64,000 nt of DNA. Source: an uncultured Pseudomonadota bacterium. GTDB taxonomy: Bacteria > Pseudomonadota > Gammaproteobacteria > Steroidobacterales > Steroidobacteraceae. The stretch is from NCBI GenBank assembly GCA_903929455.1, contig CAIYVA010000110.1, forward strand, positions 14,651-78,650, in the 5' to 3' direction. Below, in pieces: positions 9,716-19,096 of the stretch; position 1 is the first letter of the stretch, and the number at the start of each line of letters is the position of its first letter. Below the pieces are notes generated by a model that searched no databases, had not been told where the DNA came from, and worked only from the letters and a program-made list of their open reading frames with translations. The translations under genes were made by a program, and so were the position numbers.

Positions 9716-10918
9716 ATGGCAACTGGCATTAAAGACAAAGTCGCGATCATTGGCATGGGCTGCTCCAAGTTTGGAGAGCGCTGGGATTGCGGGACAGAAC
9801 ACCTGTTGAACGAGGCGTTCCAAGAAGCCCTGCTCGATGCGGGCATCGAAAAAAGCCGCATCGGCGCAGCATGGTATGGCTCAGCCGTGGATCGCGTTAA
9901 TGTCGGCACCTCCGCCATTCCCGCCGCGACCGCATTGCGTCTGGGGGGCATTCCCTTCACGCGGGTCGAGAACATGTGCGCGACGGGGACGGAGGCGCTT
10001 CGCGGTGCAGCCTACGCAGTGGCAGCGGGTGTGGTGGATATTGCGCTAGCCATCGGTGCAGAAAAACTCAAAGACACCGGCTACGGCGGGCTACCCATCG
10101 GCACGCGAGGCACACTGAATGATTTAGTGCTACCGGCCACATCAGCGCCAGGCGGATTCGCGCAGCTAGCGGCGGGTTATCGCGCGCGCTACGGGGTGTC
10201 GAGACAGGATTTAAAGAATGCCATGGCACGCGTGTCATGGAAGAGCCATCAGAACGGCGCTAAAAATCCTAAAGCCCATCTACAAAAAGAAGTAGACCTT
10301 GACACCATTCTCAACGCACCACTGATTGCCGATCCACTGGGCATTTACGACTGCTGCGGGGTGAGCGATGGCGCTGCGTGTGCAATCGTCACGACGCCTG
10401 AGATCGCGCGCTCCTTAGGCAAGCGGGATATGGTCACGATCAAGGCACTACAGCTGTCACTGAGCGCCGGTGTTGAGATCGGCACCGCAGATTGGGACGG
10501 CAGCTACGTTCGAAATACGCGCATAGCGGCGCAAAAAGCCTACGCGGAAGCGGGTATTCGCAATCCTCGCAAAGAAGTCAGCATGATGGAAGTACACGAT
10601 TGCTTCTCCATCACCGAACTGGTGACCATGGAAGACCTAGGTATTTCGTCTGATGGTGGCGCGGTGAAGGACATTATGGATGGATTTTTTGACGCGGATG
10701 GCGGTGTGCCCTGTCAGATCGATGGCGGTCTTAAATGCTTCGGTCACCCCATCGGCGCCACAGGCCTTCGAATGGCTTATGAAAATTATCTGCAACTACT
10801 CGGTCGCGCAGGCAAACGTCAGTTGAAAAATCCTGTGATCGGTCTGAGCCATAACTTGGGTGGCGTGCCTTACAACTGCCTTGCAGCGATTGCTATTCTT
10901 GGGTTGGCGTCACGTTAA
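9716..10918 (+). CDS. SCP-x / lipid-transfer-protein-type thiolase
   Basis: 400 aa. VENMCATG (nucleophile Cys), HDCFSITE (SCP2-thiolase HDCF motif) and GHPIGATG are all present. Confidence 0.85.
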   Translation: MATGIKDKVAIIGMGCSKFGERWDCGTEHLLNEAFQEALLDAGIEKSRIGAAWYGSAVDRVNVGTSAIPAATALRLGGIPFTRVENMCATGTEALRGAAYAVAAGVVDIALAIGAEKLKDTGYGGLPIGTRGTLNDLVLPATSAPGGFAQLAAGYRARYGVSRQDLKNAMARVSWKSHQNGAKNPKAHLQKEVDLDTILNAPLIADPLGIYDCCGVSDGAACAIVTTPEIARSLGKRDMVTIKALQLSLSAGVEIGTADWDGSYVRNTRIAAQKAYAEAGIRNPRKEVSMMEVHDCFSITELVTMEDLGISSDGGAVKDIMDGFFDADGGVPCQIDGGLKCFGHPIGATGLRMAYENYLQLLGRAGKRQLKNPVIGLSHNLGGVPYNCLAAIAILGLASR

Positions 10919-10957
10919 TATCCAACAATATCGAGTCAGGTGGCTGGAGCTTGCGTG

Positions 10958-11467
10958 ATGACTGATCTCCCTAGCATCGTCAAGTCATGGATCGGGACTG
11001 CGGTCGTCGTCGTCGAGCGGACCGTCACGGTTGAAAAAGAATCCTGGCTCGGCTTTTGCGCTGCCATCCAGGATGGTAATCCACTGTATTGGGATGAATC
11101 CTTCGCCCAATCACATACGGAGCGCACCATCGCTCCCTTCGCGATGCTGCCCAGCTGGGGCAGTACGCACCCTTGGTACCCCGGCAAGCAAAGCGATGGC
11201 ATCCGTGCCATGGAATTGCATTTCATGCTGAAGGAGGCGCTTAGCTACCCCAATGGCATCGTCACCAGCGTAGAGATGGCTTATCACGAGCCGGTGCGCG
11301 CGGGGGACTCGGTGCGAGTAGAGCAGATTTTACGATCCGTGAGCGATGAACGAGCGACCCGACTAGGGCCCGGCAGGGATTGGACCATCGAGGTGGTTTA
11401 TCGCCGGCAGGATCACGTGCTGCTGGGCTTAGAGACCATGTCATTCCTAGGCTATCGCCGCAACTAA
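10958..11467 (+). CDS. MaoC_N-type hot-dog protein (ChsH1-like hydratase subunit)
   Basis: About 170 aa single hot-dog (GNPLYWDESFA...) directly upstream of a MaoC dehydratase gene. ATG 10958 has GGAG 9 nt upstream; the ORF track starts at GTG 10940. Confidence 0.65.
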   Translation: MTDLPSIVKSWIGTAVVVVERTVTVEKESWLGFCAAIQDGNPLYWDESFAQSHTERTIAPFAMLPSWGSTHPWYPGKQSDGIRAMELHFMLKEALSYPNGIVTSVEMAYHEPVRAGDSVRVEQILRSVSDERATRLGPGRDWTIEVVYRRQDHVLLGLETMSFLGYRRN

Positions 11468-11483
11468 GCCCAAAGGATCGACC

Positions 11484-11945
11484 ATGAACCCTAACCTGGC
11501 TCTACACGCCCCATTGCCCACCCGACGCATCGAGGTGACCACTAAGTCCATCATCATGGGTGCGGTGACGAGCCGCGATTGGGCGCCATTACACCACGAT
11601 GTGGTGTGGGCGAAGACCGAGGGCAATCTGCCTGACATCATCATGAACAACTACACCCAAGCAGGACTGATCAATGCCTATGTGACGGATTGGTCAGGGC
11701 CAGCCGCTCGGGTCGGTCGTTTGCGTTTTTCCATGCGAAGCCCTATTTGCCCAGGCGATGCCTTAGAGCTGTCCGGCGTGATTGAAGCCATTGAGCCTGA
11801 ACCTGAGCTGATCTGGGTGAGTCTTGCGATCGAGTTAACGGTCGGTGAACGAGTGGCCACTCGATCAACGGTGCGAGTAGCCTTGCCGGCCAGCGAGCAG
11901 TCCCCCTCGCTGTGGCATCGTCAAGCCGGTGCGTGGAAGCCCTGA
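11484..11945 (+). CDS. MaoC-like dehydratase subunit (ChsH2-core-like, no DUF35)
   Basis: 153 aa single hot-dog with the degenerate hydratase motif SRDWAPLHHD. It starts 16 nt after the preceding hot-dog gene. Confidence 0.7.
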   Translation: MNPNLALHAPLPTRRIEVTTKSIIMGAVTSRDWAPLHHDVVWAKTEGNLPDIIMNNYTQAGLINAYVTDWSGPAARVGRLRFSMRSPICPGDALELSGVIEAIEPEPELIWVSLAIELTVGERVATRSTVRVALPASEQSPSLWHRQAGAWKP

Positions 11946-11977
11946 CAGCCGAACACGGTCGATGACAAACCTCCCCT

Positions 11978-12955
11978 ATGAAAGCCATCCTCTGCCACGC
12001 CTTCGGTCCGATCGACACACTGCGCTACGAAGACACCGACGATCCACTGTGCGGGCCCGGCCAAGTCCTCATCGAGGTCATGGCGGCCGGCGTTAACTTC
12101 CCCGATGCCCTGTTGGTACGCGGTGAGTACCAAAGCAAACCGCCTCTTCCCTTCATTCCAGGTAGCGAGGTCGCGGGCTTTGTTAAAGCGCTCGGTGTGG
12201 GCGTGCAAGGATTGAGCGTCGGTGATCGCGTCGCTGCTTTTTGCGGCACAGGAGGCTATGCCACTCAGGCAGTCGTACCTGCCTCTCACGTCTTTCCGCT
12301 ACCCGCCCAAGTGCCTTTCACCACCGCCGCCGGCATGGTGGTGACCTACGGTACGTCGTATCACGCTCTGAAGGATCGCGCGCAGCTTTGCTCAGGCGAG
12401 CGGCTGCTGGTACTCGGCGCCGCTGGCGGCGTTGGTCTGGCAGCCGTTGAACTCGGCAAGCACCTAGGTGCTACCGTCGTCGCCGCCGCCTCGACGCCCG
12501 CTAAACTGGCCATCGCCACGGCCCATGGGGCGGATGACGTACTCGACTACAGCACCGTCGACCTACGCACTGAGCTCAAACGGCGCTTTGCAAAAGGGAT
12601 CGACGTCGTAGTCGACCCGGTGGGCGGCGACTTCAGCGAGGCGGCGCTTCGCAGCCTCGCTTGGGCCGGTCGCTATCTCGTAGTCGGATTTACGGCTGGA
12701 CGGATTCCAGCCATTCCAAGCAATCTCTTACTACTCAAAAGTGCAGCCCTGTTGGGTGTGCTATGGGGTGCCACGCTTAAAGCTGACCCGATACAACAGG
12801 CAGCCAACCTACAGATACTCTTTTCGTTAGTAGCCAACGGCTCACTCACGCCTTTCATTGAATCCGTACAGCCACTGAGTGAGGCCCCGACTGTGCTGAC
12901 ACGACTGATGTCGCGACAAGTCACCGGCAAAATTGTCTTGTCGATGAGCGCCTAA
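11978..12955 (+). CDS. NADPH:quinone oxidoreductase / MDR zinc-type alcohol dehydrogenase family
   Basis: GVNFPDALLVRGEY and LVLGAAGGVGLAAVELGK (Qor-like cofactor motif). Confidence 0.85.
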   Translation: MKAILCHAFGPIDTLRYEDTDDPLCGPGQVLIEVMAAGVNFPDALLVRGEYQSKPPLPFIPGSEVAGFVKALGVGVQGLSVGDRVAAFCGTGGYATQAVVPASHVFPLPAQVPFTTAAGMVVTYGTSYHALKDRAQLCSGERLLVLGAAGGVGLAAVELGKHLGATVVAAASTPAKLAIATAHGADDVLDYSTVDLRTELKRRFAKGIDVVVDPVGGDFSEAALRSLAWAGRYLVVGFTAGRIPAIPSNLLLLKSAALLGVLWGATLKADPIQQAANLQILFSLVANGSLTPFIESVQPLSEAPTVLTRLMSRQVTGKIVLSMSA

Positions 12956-12979
12956 AGGACCCAATCGGTCCGATCAATA

Positions 12980-14200
12980 CTAACGCGGCTTGAAAGTGAT
13001 CGGTACGTCGCAATAGCCCTGCAGGAATTCCGTAAAGGTGCGTTTACAGCGATCCATCTGCACCTCATACTCAGGGATCGCCGCCATAATTTCCTCTAGG
13101 ATCACTCTGCCCTCCATACGCGCGAGGTGCTGACCTAAACACGCATGAATGCCGGCACCGAACGACAAGGTACGACTCGGCCGACGCGAGATCTGAAACT
13201 GATCTGCATCTGGAAACTCTCGCTCATCACGATTAGCCGAAGCGAACAAGAAGATCACATTCTGTCCGACCTTAATCTTCTCACCATGCAACTCATGATC
13301 CACAGTCACCCGACGCCCAAGCACGTTGGTCGGCTGATCGTAACGGGCGGTCTCAGCAAAAGCATGCGGAATTAAACCACGATCCGCGCGAACCTCTGCG
13401 TATTGCTTAGGGTGCTTAGCCAGATAGTAAATCGTGCCAGCCGCAGTCAGCGCCACCGTATCTGATCCTGTGATCACGAGCGAAAATATAGTGAAAAATA
13501 CTTCGTCATCGCTGGCCAGTTGCCCGTCCATCGGCGTTGTCATAAAGGTGTGGATATGAGTGCCCGGTGGCGGCAGTGTCACGCGGAACTGACGCACCAG
13601 TCCCATAATAAACGCATGCAACTCTCCGAACGCCTGCATGCCTTGTGGGGTCATGCCTTTCACGCCAGGTTCACGATAAAACCAGATATCTAGCAGCGCT
13701 CGAATGTGCGTGATGTCGGGATACGACAGGCCGATAATGTCAGCAATGGTGTACAAAGCGACTTTGGCGGAAAAGCCATAGATCTCTAACTCCCCTCGCT
13801 CTAAATGCGGCGCCATGAACTCTCGAGTGCGCGCGCGGAACCGCTCCTCTAATAACGCTGCTGACGTTTTTCCATAGGGGGGATTCAGCAGATTTCGTCG
13901 GCTGGTGTGCGCCGGTGGATCCATAAAAACAAAAGCAGACGGCTTAGGGCCCTCCGTGATGAGCGCATCGATCGTGGTGCCCATCGTTGCGGTGTAATGG
14001 GTTCGATCCATGCTGGCGTGCATCACATCCTCAAAGCGCGACAAGGCCCACATGTTTAAGTGCTCAACAAAGTAAGCGGGCGCTTCATCACGCATGCGCC
14101 GAAAAGTTGGCCATGGGTTAGCCAAGAACACTTCGTCGTGGGGATCATAATAATTAGGCACGGCGGATATCCCGTTAGATGAGGGCTGCCAAACCGTCAA
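12980..14200 (-). CDS. cytochrome P450 monooxygenase
   Basis: Heme-thiolate loop FGAGIHACLG, ETARYD (ExxR) and AGTIYYL/TGSDTV I-helix-like segments. The conserved N-terminus (YDPHDEVFLANPWPTFRRMRDEAP) precedes the first ATG, so a non-ATG start is implied (TTG at 14200). Confidence 0.85.
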   Translation of the reverse strand: MTVWQPSSNGISAVPNYYDPHDEVFLANPWPTFRRMRDEAPAYFVEHLNMWALSRFEDVMHASMDRTHYTATMGTTIDALITEGPKPSAFVFMDPPAHTSRRNLLNPPYGKTSAALLEERFRARTREFMAPHLERGELEIYGFSAKVALYTIADIIGLSYPDITHIRALLDIWFYREPGVKGMTPQGMQAFGELHAFIMGLVRQFRVTLPPPGTHIHTFMTTPMDGQLASDDEVFFTIFSLVITGSDTVALTAAGTIYYLAKHPKQYAEVRADRGLIPHAFAETARYDQPTNVLGRRVTVDHELHGEKIKVGQNVIFLFASANRDEREFPDADQFQISRRPSRTLSFGAGIHACLGQHLARMEGRVILEEIMAAIPEYEVQMDRCKRTFTEFLQGYCDVPITFKPR

Positions 14201-14539
14201 TCGGACGGCGTCTGCAGCTGGTTGTCAGAGCCAATGCAGCCACCCCATCCTAGGGTGCACGCCGACTCAGTTTATACTCGTTTAGGCAGTCGTCTCGGCC
14301 ATCGACTAGGGTGACGCGACGATTTTTAAATTAGATAAAATACTGAGATTATTCAGATACTTATGATTTTTTACCTTGCTGCCGCCGCGGCGCCAAGCCA
14401 ACACCGCCGAAGCGTGCGGTATGAGTACCAACTGAGTACCCGCAACGCCATGATTCACCTAGCAAGCTCCGGCCGCCGAACCGATCACACTGGGTGAGAT
14501 GGCCGGATCTAACTCGGACCACCGAAACGGATAGATGTT

Positions 14540-15730
14540 ATGGATTTTGACTTCAGCGCCGATGAAAAACGCTTTATTGAGGAAGTACGTGCCTTCCTCC
14601 GCGAGCAGGCCTTGCTACCCGATGCCGCCGATGTGATGGCACCCAATCGTGATTCAGACTCAATGCTCTCCGATACGCCCGCACGTCGCCGATTCAACCG
14701 TGAAATGGCCAAACGCGGCTACCTCGGTATGTCGTGGCCTAAGGAATACGGTGGCAGTGAAAAGAGTGGTATCTACGAGTATCTACTCAATGAAGAATTG
14801 GCGCGGGTCGGCGCGCCGCTCATCGGCAAAGGCATCGGCATCGTCGGCAAGACATTGATCCGCCATGGATCAGACAAATTAAAAACCGAGTTTTTACCGC
14901 AGATCCGAAACGCAGAGATCGAATTCGCACTCGGCTACTCAGAGCCCGGTGCTGGCTCTGATCTGGCCTCACTCAAACTGAAAGCGGAACGAAGCGGTGA
15001 CGGCTGGCTGTTCAATGGACAGAAAATATGGAACACCTCAGCGCATTTTGCCGATTGGTATTGGCTGGCGGCACGAACCGATACGCAAGTTGCCAAACAC
15101 AAAGGCATCAGCTTATTTCTCGTACCGATGAATCAGAAAGGTATTACGGTCTCCGCTATCCACACACTCGGCGAACACCGTACGAATCACGTCTTCCTCG
15201 ATAACGTCTGGGTGCACGACGATTACCGTGTCGGAGAACTGAACAAAGGTTGGACCTATATCTCAGAAGCACTCGATTTTGAGCGCTTCACCATTTACCC
15301 ATTCAGCCCACTCGAAGCCAAACTAGAACAGATGTGGACGCACGTCAAAAGCACTCAACGCAATGGCAAACCATTAACTGCCGTACCCGAGATACGCCGC
15401 CAAATGGCGCGCCTGGTGGCCCAAGTGGAGACCGCGAAAATGCTCCAACGCAGCGTTATTTTCTCAGCCTCACAAGGCGGCGTTCCAACCGTCGAAGCAT
15501 CGATGTGTAAGCTGTACACCACCGCGCTCTCGCAACGGCTAGCGAATACCATGATAGATATCCTCGGTGCAGACGGGCTGCTACATAAGTCCTGGCCCGA
15601 TGCACCTGATGGCGGTAAGTGGGAGTGGCTCTATCGCTCCAGTGCGCTAGAGACCATCGGCGCAGGCACCTCAGAGATCCAGAAAAACATCATTGCACGC
15701 CGCGGTCTCGGCCTTCCTTTAACGAACTGA
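14540..15730 (+). CDS. acyl-CoA dehydrogenase
   Basis: 396 aa with ACAD architecture: YSEPGAGSDLASL, WNTSAHFADW, and C-terminal GAGTSEIQKNIIA. Confidence 0.85.
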   Translation: MDFDFSADEKRFIEEVRAFLREQALLPDAADVMAPNRDSDSMLSDTPARRRFNREMAKRGYLGMSWPKEYGGSEKSGIYEYLLNEELARVGAPLIGKGIGIVGKTLIRHGSDKLKTEFLPQIRNAEIEFALGYSEPGAGSDLASLKLKAERSGDGWLFNGQKIWNTSAHFADWYWLAARTDTQVAKHKGISLFLVPMNQKGITVSAIHTLGEHRTNHVFLDNVWVHDDYRVGELNKGWTYISEALDFERFTIYPFSPLEAKLEQMWTHVKSTQRNGKPLTAVPEIRRQMARLVAQVETAKMLQRSVIFSASQGGVPTVEASMCKLYTTALSQRLANTMIDILGADGLLHKSWPDAPDGGKWEWLYRSSALETIGAGTSEIQKNIIARRGLGLPLTN

Positions 15731-15851
15731 GTGAGCTAACGCACGTGATCTCTCTCTGTGAAATCCTAGTGCCAAGGAAGCCACCATTCAGCTTCCGCTC
15801 ACACCACGCAGCACCGGGCGTGTCTACTCATTTTCTGCGGAGTCTTGTCTG

Positions 15852-17012
15852 ATGGATCTTATTTTTAGTGAAGAGCAGCAAATGCTGCGCGATATGACTC
15901 GTCGCCTGTGCGAGGACTTCGCTCCATTGACCGTACTCAGACAATTGGAAGGCACTGAGCCTGGTTACTCCGACGATTTTTGGAAAGCGCTGATCGACGC
16001 CGGCATGTCGGGTCTTACCATTGCCGATAAAGATGGCGGTTTAGGCTTAGGCGCGACTGAGATGATGATCGTACACGAGGAGTTTGGCAGAGCACTGGCA
16101 TTCTCACCCCATTTTGTGAGCTCAGTGCTCGCGGCTCACCTCATCAGCACAACCGGCAACACCGCTCAGCGCCAGCGGTGGCTCCCGTCTATTGCCAGTG
16201 GACAATCGATTGTCAGTATCGGCAGTCTGGAGCCACAGGGCGGGCATGAGCTATCAGATATCCAGTGCTCAGCGAAGCGCACCGCCACCGGCTATCGCCT
16301 ATCCGGCACGAAACACTTCGTGGCCTATGCCGCCCGCGCACACGCTGCTGTGATCTTGGCCCGCGTCGGCACAGCCACAGATGATGTGATCGCCCTACTG
16401 GTTGATTTAAAAAGCCCTGGTGTTTCGATCCAATATCAGCCTAATCACGCGCGCGAAGCGGTCTACCAAGTCACCTTGCGGGACGTTGATGTCTCTATTG
16501 AAGACGCGCTCAAAGATGGCCAGCCCATGGCGACTGAATGGCAAGATGCCATGTACAGCGGGTTAATCGCGTTGGCCGCCCAAGCGGTCGGCGGTGCTGA
16601 ACGCGCGCATGCGATGGCAGTGGAGTATGCCAAAGTGCGCGAAGCCTTCGGCAAACCGATTGGCTCATTCCAAGCAGTTGCCCACAGCCTAGCGGATGTG
16701 GCTGTCGACATCGAAGGCTGTCGCATGCTGGTTCGTCAGGCTGCCTGGGCTAAGGATAGAGGTTATGACTTTCACCGCGTCGCCGCCATTGCGAAGCTAC
16801 AAGCCTGCGAAATGTATCGCCGCACCGCGGGGGTGACCATCCAAGTTCATGGCGGCATTGGCTTCACCAATGACGCGGATCCCCAGTTATTTTTCCGCCG
16901 CGCCAAGCACTTGCAGCTACTGCATTGGGACTCGGACTACCTCGAGGAGCGTATCATCGAGATGGTACTGCAGGAGACGTCAGAGCTCAGCGCCCATGGG
17001 GCTAACGGATAA
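15852..17012 (+). CDS. acyl-CoA dehydrogenase-family protein, probably a non-catalytic partner subunit
   Basis: 386 aa with the ACAD fold (GKPIGSFQAVAH, IQVHGGIGFT). I find no acidic residue at either known catalytic-base position. Confidence 0.75.
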   Translation: MDLIFSEEQQMLRDMTRRLCEDFAPLTVLRQLEGTEPGYSDDFWKALIDAGMSGLTIADKDGGLGLGATEMMIVHEEFGRALAFSPHFVSSVLAAHLISTTGNTAQRQRWLPSIASGQSIVSIGSLEPQGGHELSDIQCSAKRTATGYRLSGTKHFVAYAARAHAAVILARVGTATDDVIALLVDLKSPGVSIQYQPNHAREAVYQVTLRDVDVSIEDALKDGQPMATEWQDAMYSGLIALAAQAVGGAERAHAMAVEYAKVREAFGKPIGSFQAVAHSLADVAVDIEGCRMLVRQAAWAKDRGYDFHRVAAIAKLQACEMYRRTAGVTIQVHGGIGFTNDADPQLFFRRAKHLQLLHWDSDYLEERIIEMVLQETSELSAHGANG

Positions 17013-17095
17013 CGCAGCGGGCGATAGAGGGATACCCATCCGTCCTAAAACCAGATACCGTTTACGCCTATGTCTGTCCCTCGACTGAGCTTTCT

Positions 17096-18259
17096 ATGCT
17101 GACTTCTCAAGAGCCTGAGCACCTGACCCTATTGCGCGACACGTTGCGCCGGTTCATTGACAAGGAAATGCCACGAGATTTGGTCAGACAATGGGACCGC
17201 GAGGATCATTTTCCAAGTGACGTGTACCAAGGACTGGTGGATCTAGGCTTAACGGGCCTCACGGTCGCAGAAGAGTACGGCGGCAGCGGACGTGACATCA
17301 CGGCGATGATCATGACCATTGAAGAGCTGTCGGCCCGCAGCATGGCGGTGTCCACCGGATACATACAGTCGGCGTGCTATGCCGGGCTTAACATTGCAGA
17401 CGTCGGCAGTGAAGAGCAGCGCAGAACCTTACTTCCACGCGTTGCCACCGAAGGCCTTAAATTTTCTTATGGCTTCAGCGAACCGGATGTCGGCGCGGAC
17501 ATTGCGAGCGTGCGAAGCACGGCCGTTCGTCGTGATGGGAAAATCGTCATTAACGGACAGAAACGTTGGTGTTCTGGTGCAAAGATCGCCCAGTACATCT
17601 ATGCCCTCGTGAGAAGCGGTCCGGTCGAAGACCGCTACAACAACCTATCTCTCATACTCGTCCCAACGGACGCGCCCGGTATTACCTACCAACCACAAGC
17701 CACCCTCGGTTTGCGTGGCGATGGCACCTACGACGTCAGCTTTGACCACGTAACCGTTAGAGAAGAGGACATCGTTGGCGGCCTAGATGGGTGGAACGCT
17801 GGATGGAAAAAACTGGTAGGCCCTGGCCTTAATGTTGAAAAAATCGAAGTTGCGGCGATGGCATTGGGCATCTCCCGCGCAGCGGTCGATGATGCGTGGA
17901 CTTATGCACAGGATCGCAAGCAATTCGGCAAGCCCATTGCCTCTATTCAGTCTATCCGACACATGCTCGCGGACGTCAAAACAAAATGGCAGGCCTGTCA
18001 CTTAATGACCTACCACGCTGCCTCCATCGTGGAGGCGAACCAACCAGCGGACGTTGCCACCGCGATGGCCAAGCTATTTGTGTGCGATACGGCGCGCGAC
18101 ATTGTCCTCACCTGCCAACAGATCATGGGCGCCTACGGCTACGCAGATGGCTTTGACATGGAACGCTATGTTAGAGACATCCTAGTCATGCCGATACTGG
18201 GCGGTTCTTCTGCCATACAAAAGAACAACATCGCCAATCGTCTGGGGCTTCCTCGATAG
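17096..18259 (+). CDS. acyl-CoA dehydrogenase
   Basis: 387 aa: FSEPDVGADIAS, GKPIASIQSIRH, MGAYGYADGFDMERYVRD, and C-terminal LGGSSAIQKNNIA. Confidence 0.85.
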   Translation: MLTSQEPEHLTLLRDTLRRFIDKEMPRDLVRQWDREDHFPSDVYQGLVDLGLTGLTVAEEYGGSGRDITAMIMTIEELSARSMAVSTGYIQSACYAGLNIADVGSEEQRRTLLPRVATEGLKFSYGFSEPDVGADIASVRSTAVRRDGKIVINGQKRWCSGAKIAQYIYALVRSGPVEDRYNNLSLILVPTDAPGITYQPQATLGLRGDGTYDVSFDHVTVREEDIVGGLDGWNAGWKKLVGPGLNVEKIEVAAMALGISRAAVDDAWTYAQDRKQFGKPIASIQSIRHMLADVKTKWQACHLMTYHAASIVEANQPADVATAMAKLFVCDTARDIVLTCQQIMGAYGYADGFDMERYVRDILVMPILGGSSAIQKNNIANRLGLPR

Positions 18260-18335
18260 ACCACAAGGCGAAGTCGATTGCTCAAGATCTGCAGACAGAC
18301 ACGTCAGCGTTGAGAGTGAAAAAAAGGAGAACACG

Positions 18336-19049
18336 ATGACACCACAGCCGTCACCCCCCCGTTGCCTCGTCATTACTGGCGCCAGCAAAGGCATTGGACT
18401 CGCGACAGCGACCCGCTTTGCTGCGGCAGGCTACCAAGTGATCAATCTCTCCCGAACGGACACCTCCGTGCCAGGCGCGGTGCAGATGACCGTCGATCTC
18501 AGTAACCCTTCATCCATTGAGTCCATATCAAAACCCCTGCTCGCAGCAGTTGAGGGGTTCCCTGTTATAACCCTCGTCCACAATGCTGCGCTTCAGACCA
18601 TGGGAAGCATCAAAGAGGCCGAAAGCGAACAGCTACGAGCTATGTTCGAGGTCAACGTGGTCGCTCCTGTGACACTCAATCAGATGCTCTTGCCCACCAT
18701 GCAGCCCGGTTCGTCCGTGATTTATATCGGCTCAACCATGAGCCATCGTGCCACGCGCAATCTAACCGGCTATATCGCCACGAAGCATGCCACCTTGGGT
18801 TTGATGCGCAGCACCTGCCAAGACCTAGCAGGTACCGGTGTGCATACGTGCTGCATTTGCCCAGGCTTTACTGAAACCGAGATGCTCCGAAGCTTCGGCG
18901 GTGATGTGCTAAAGCATCTCGCGTCGTTAACCACTCAGCAACGCATTGCATCAACGAGTGAGATCGCCAATTTAGTGCATTTCGCGGCGGAGAACCCGGT
19001 CGTCAATGGCGCAGCACTGAACGCCGATCTTGGATTTATTGAGCCCTAA
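18336..19049 (+). CDS. short-chain dehydrogenase/reductase
   Basis: TGASKGIG, NNAA and YIATKHA motifs. Confidence 0.85.
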   Translation: MTPQPSPPRCLVITGASKGIGLATATRFAAAGYQVINLSRTDTSVPGAVQMTVDLSNPSSIESISKPLLAAVEGFPVITLVHNAALQTMGSIKEAESEQLRAMFEVNVVAPVTLNQMLLPTMQPGSSVIYIGSTMSHRATRNLTGYIATKHATLGLMRSTCQDLAGTGVHTCCICPGFTETEMLRSFGGDVLKHLASLTTQQRIASTSEIANLVHFAAENPVVNGAALNADLGFIEP

Positions 19050-19096
19050 CCCATCAGCTAATCCGTCATACGGCTACGCTTAAAAGGAACGCCGAC

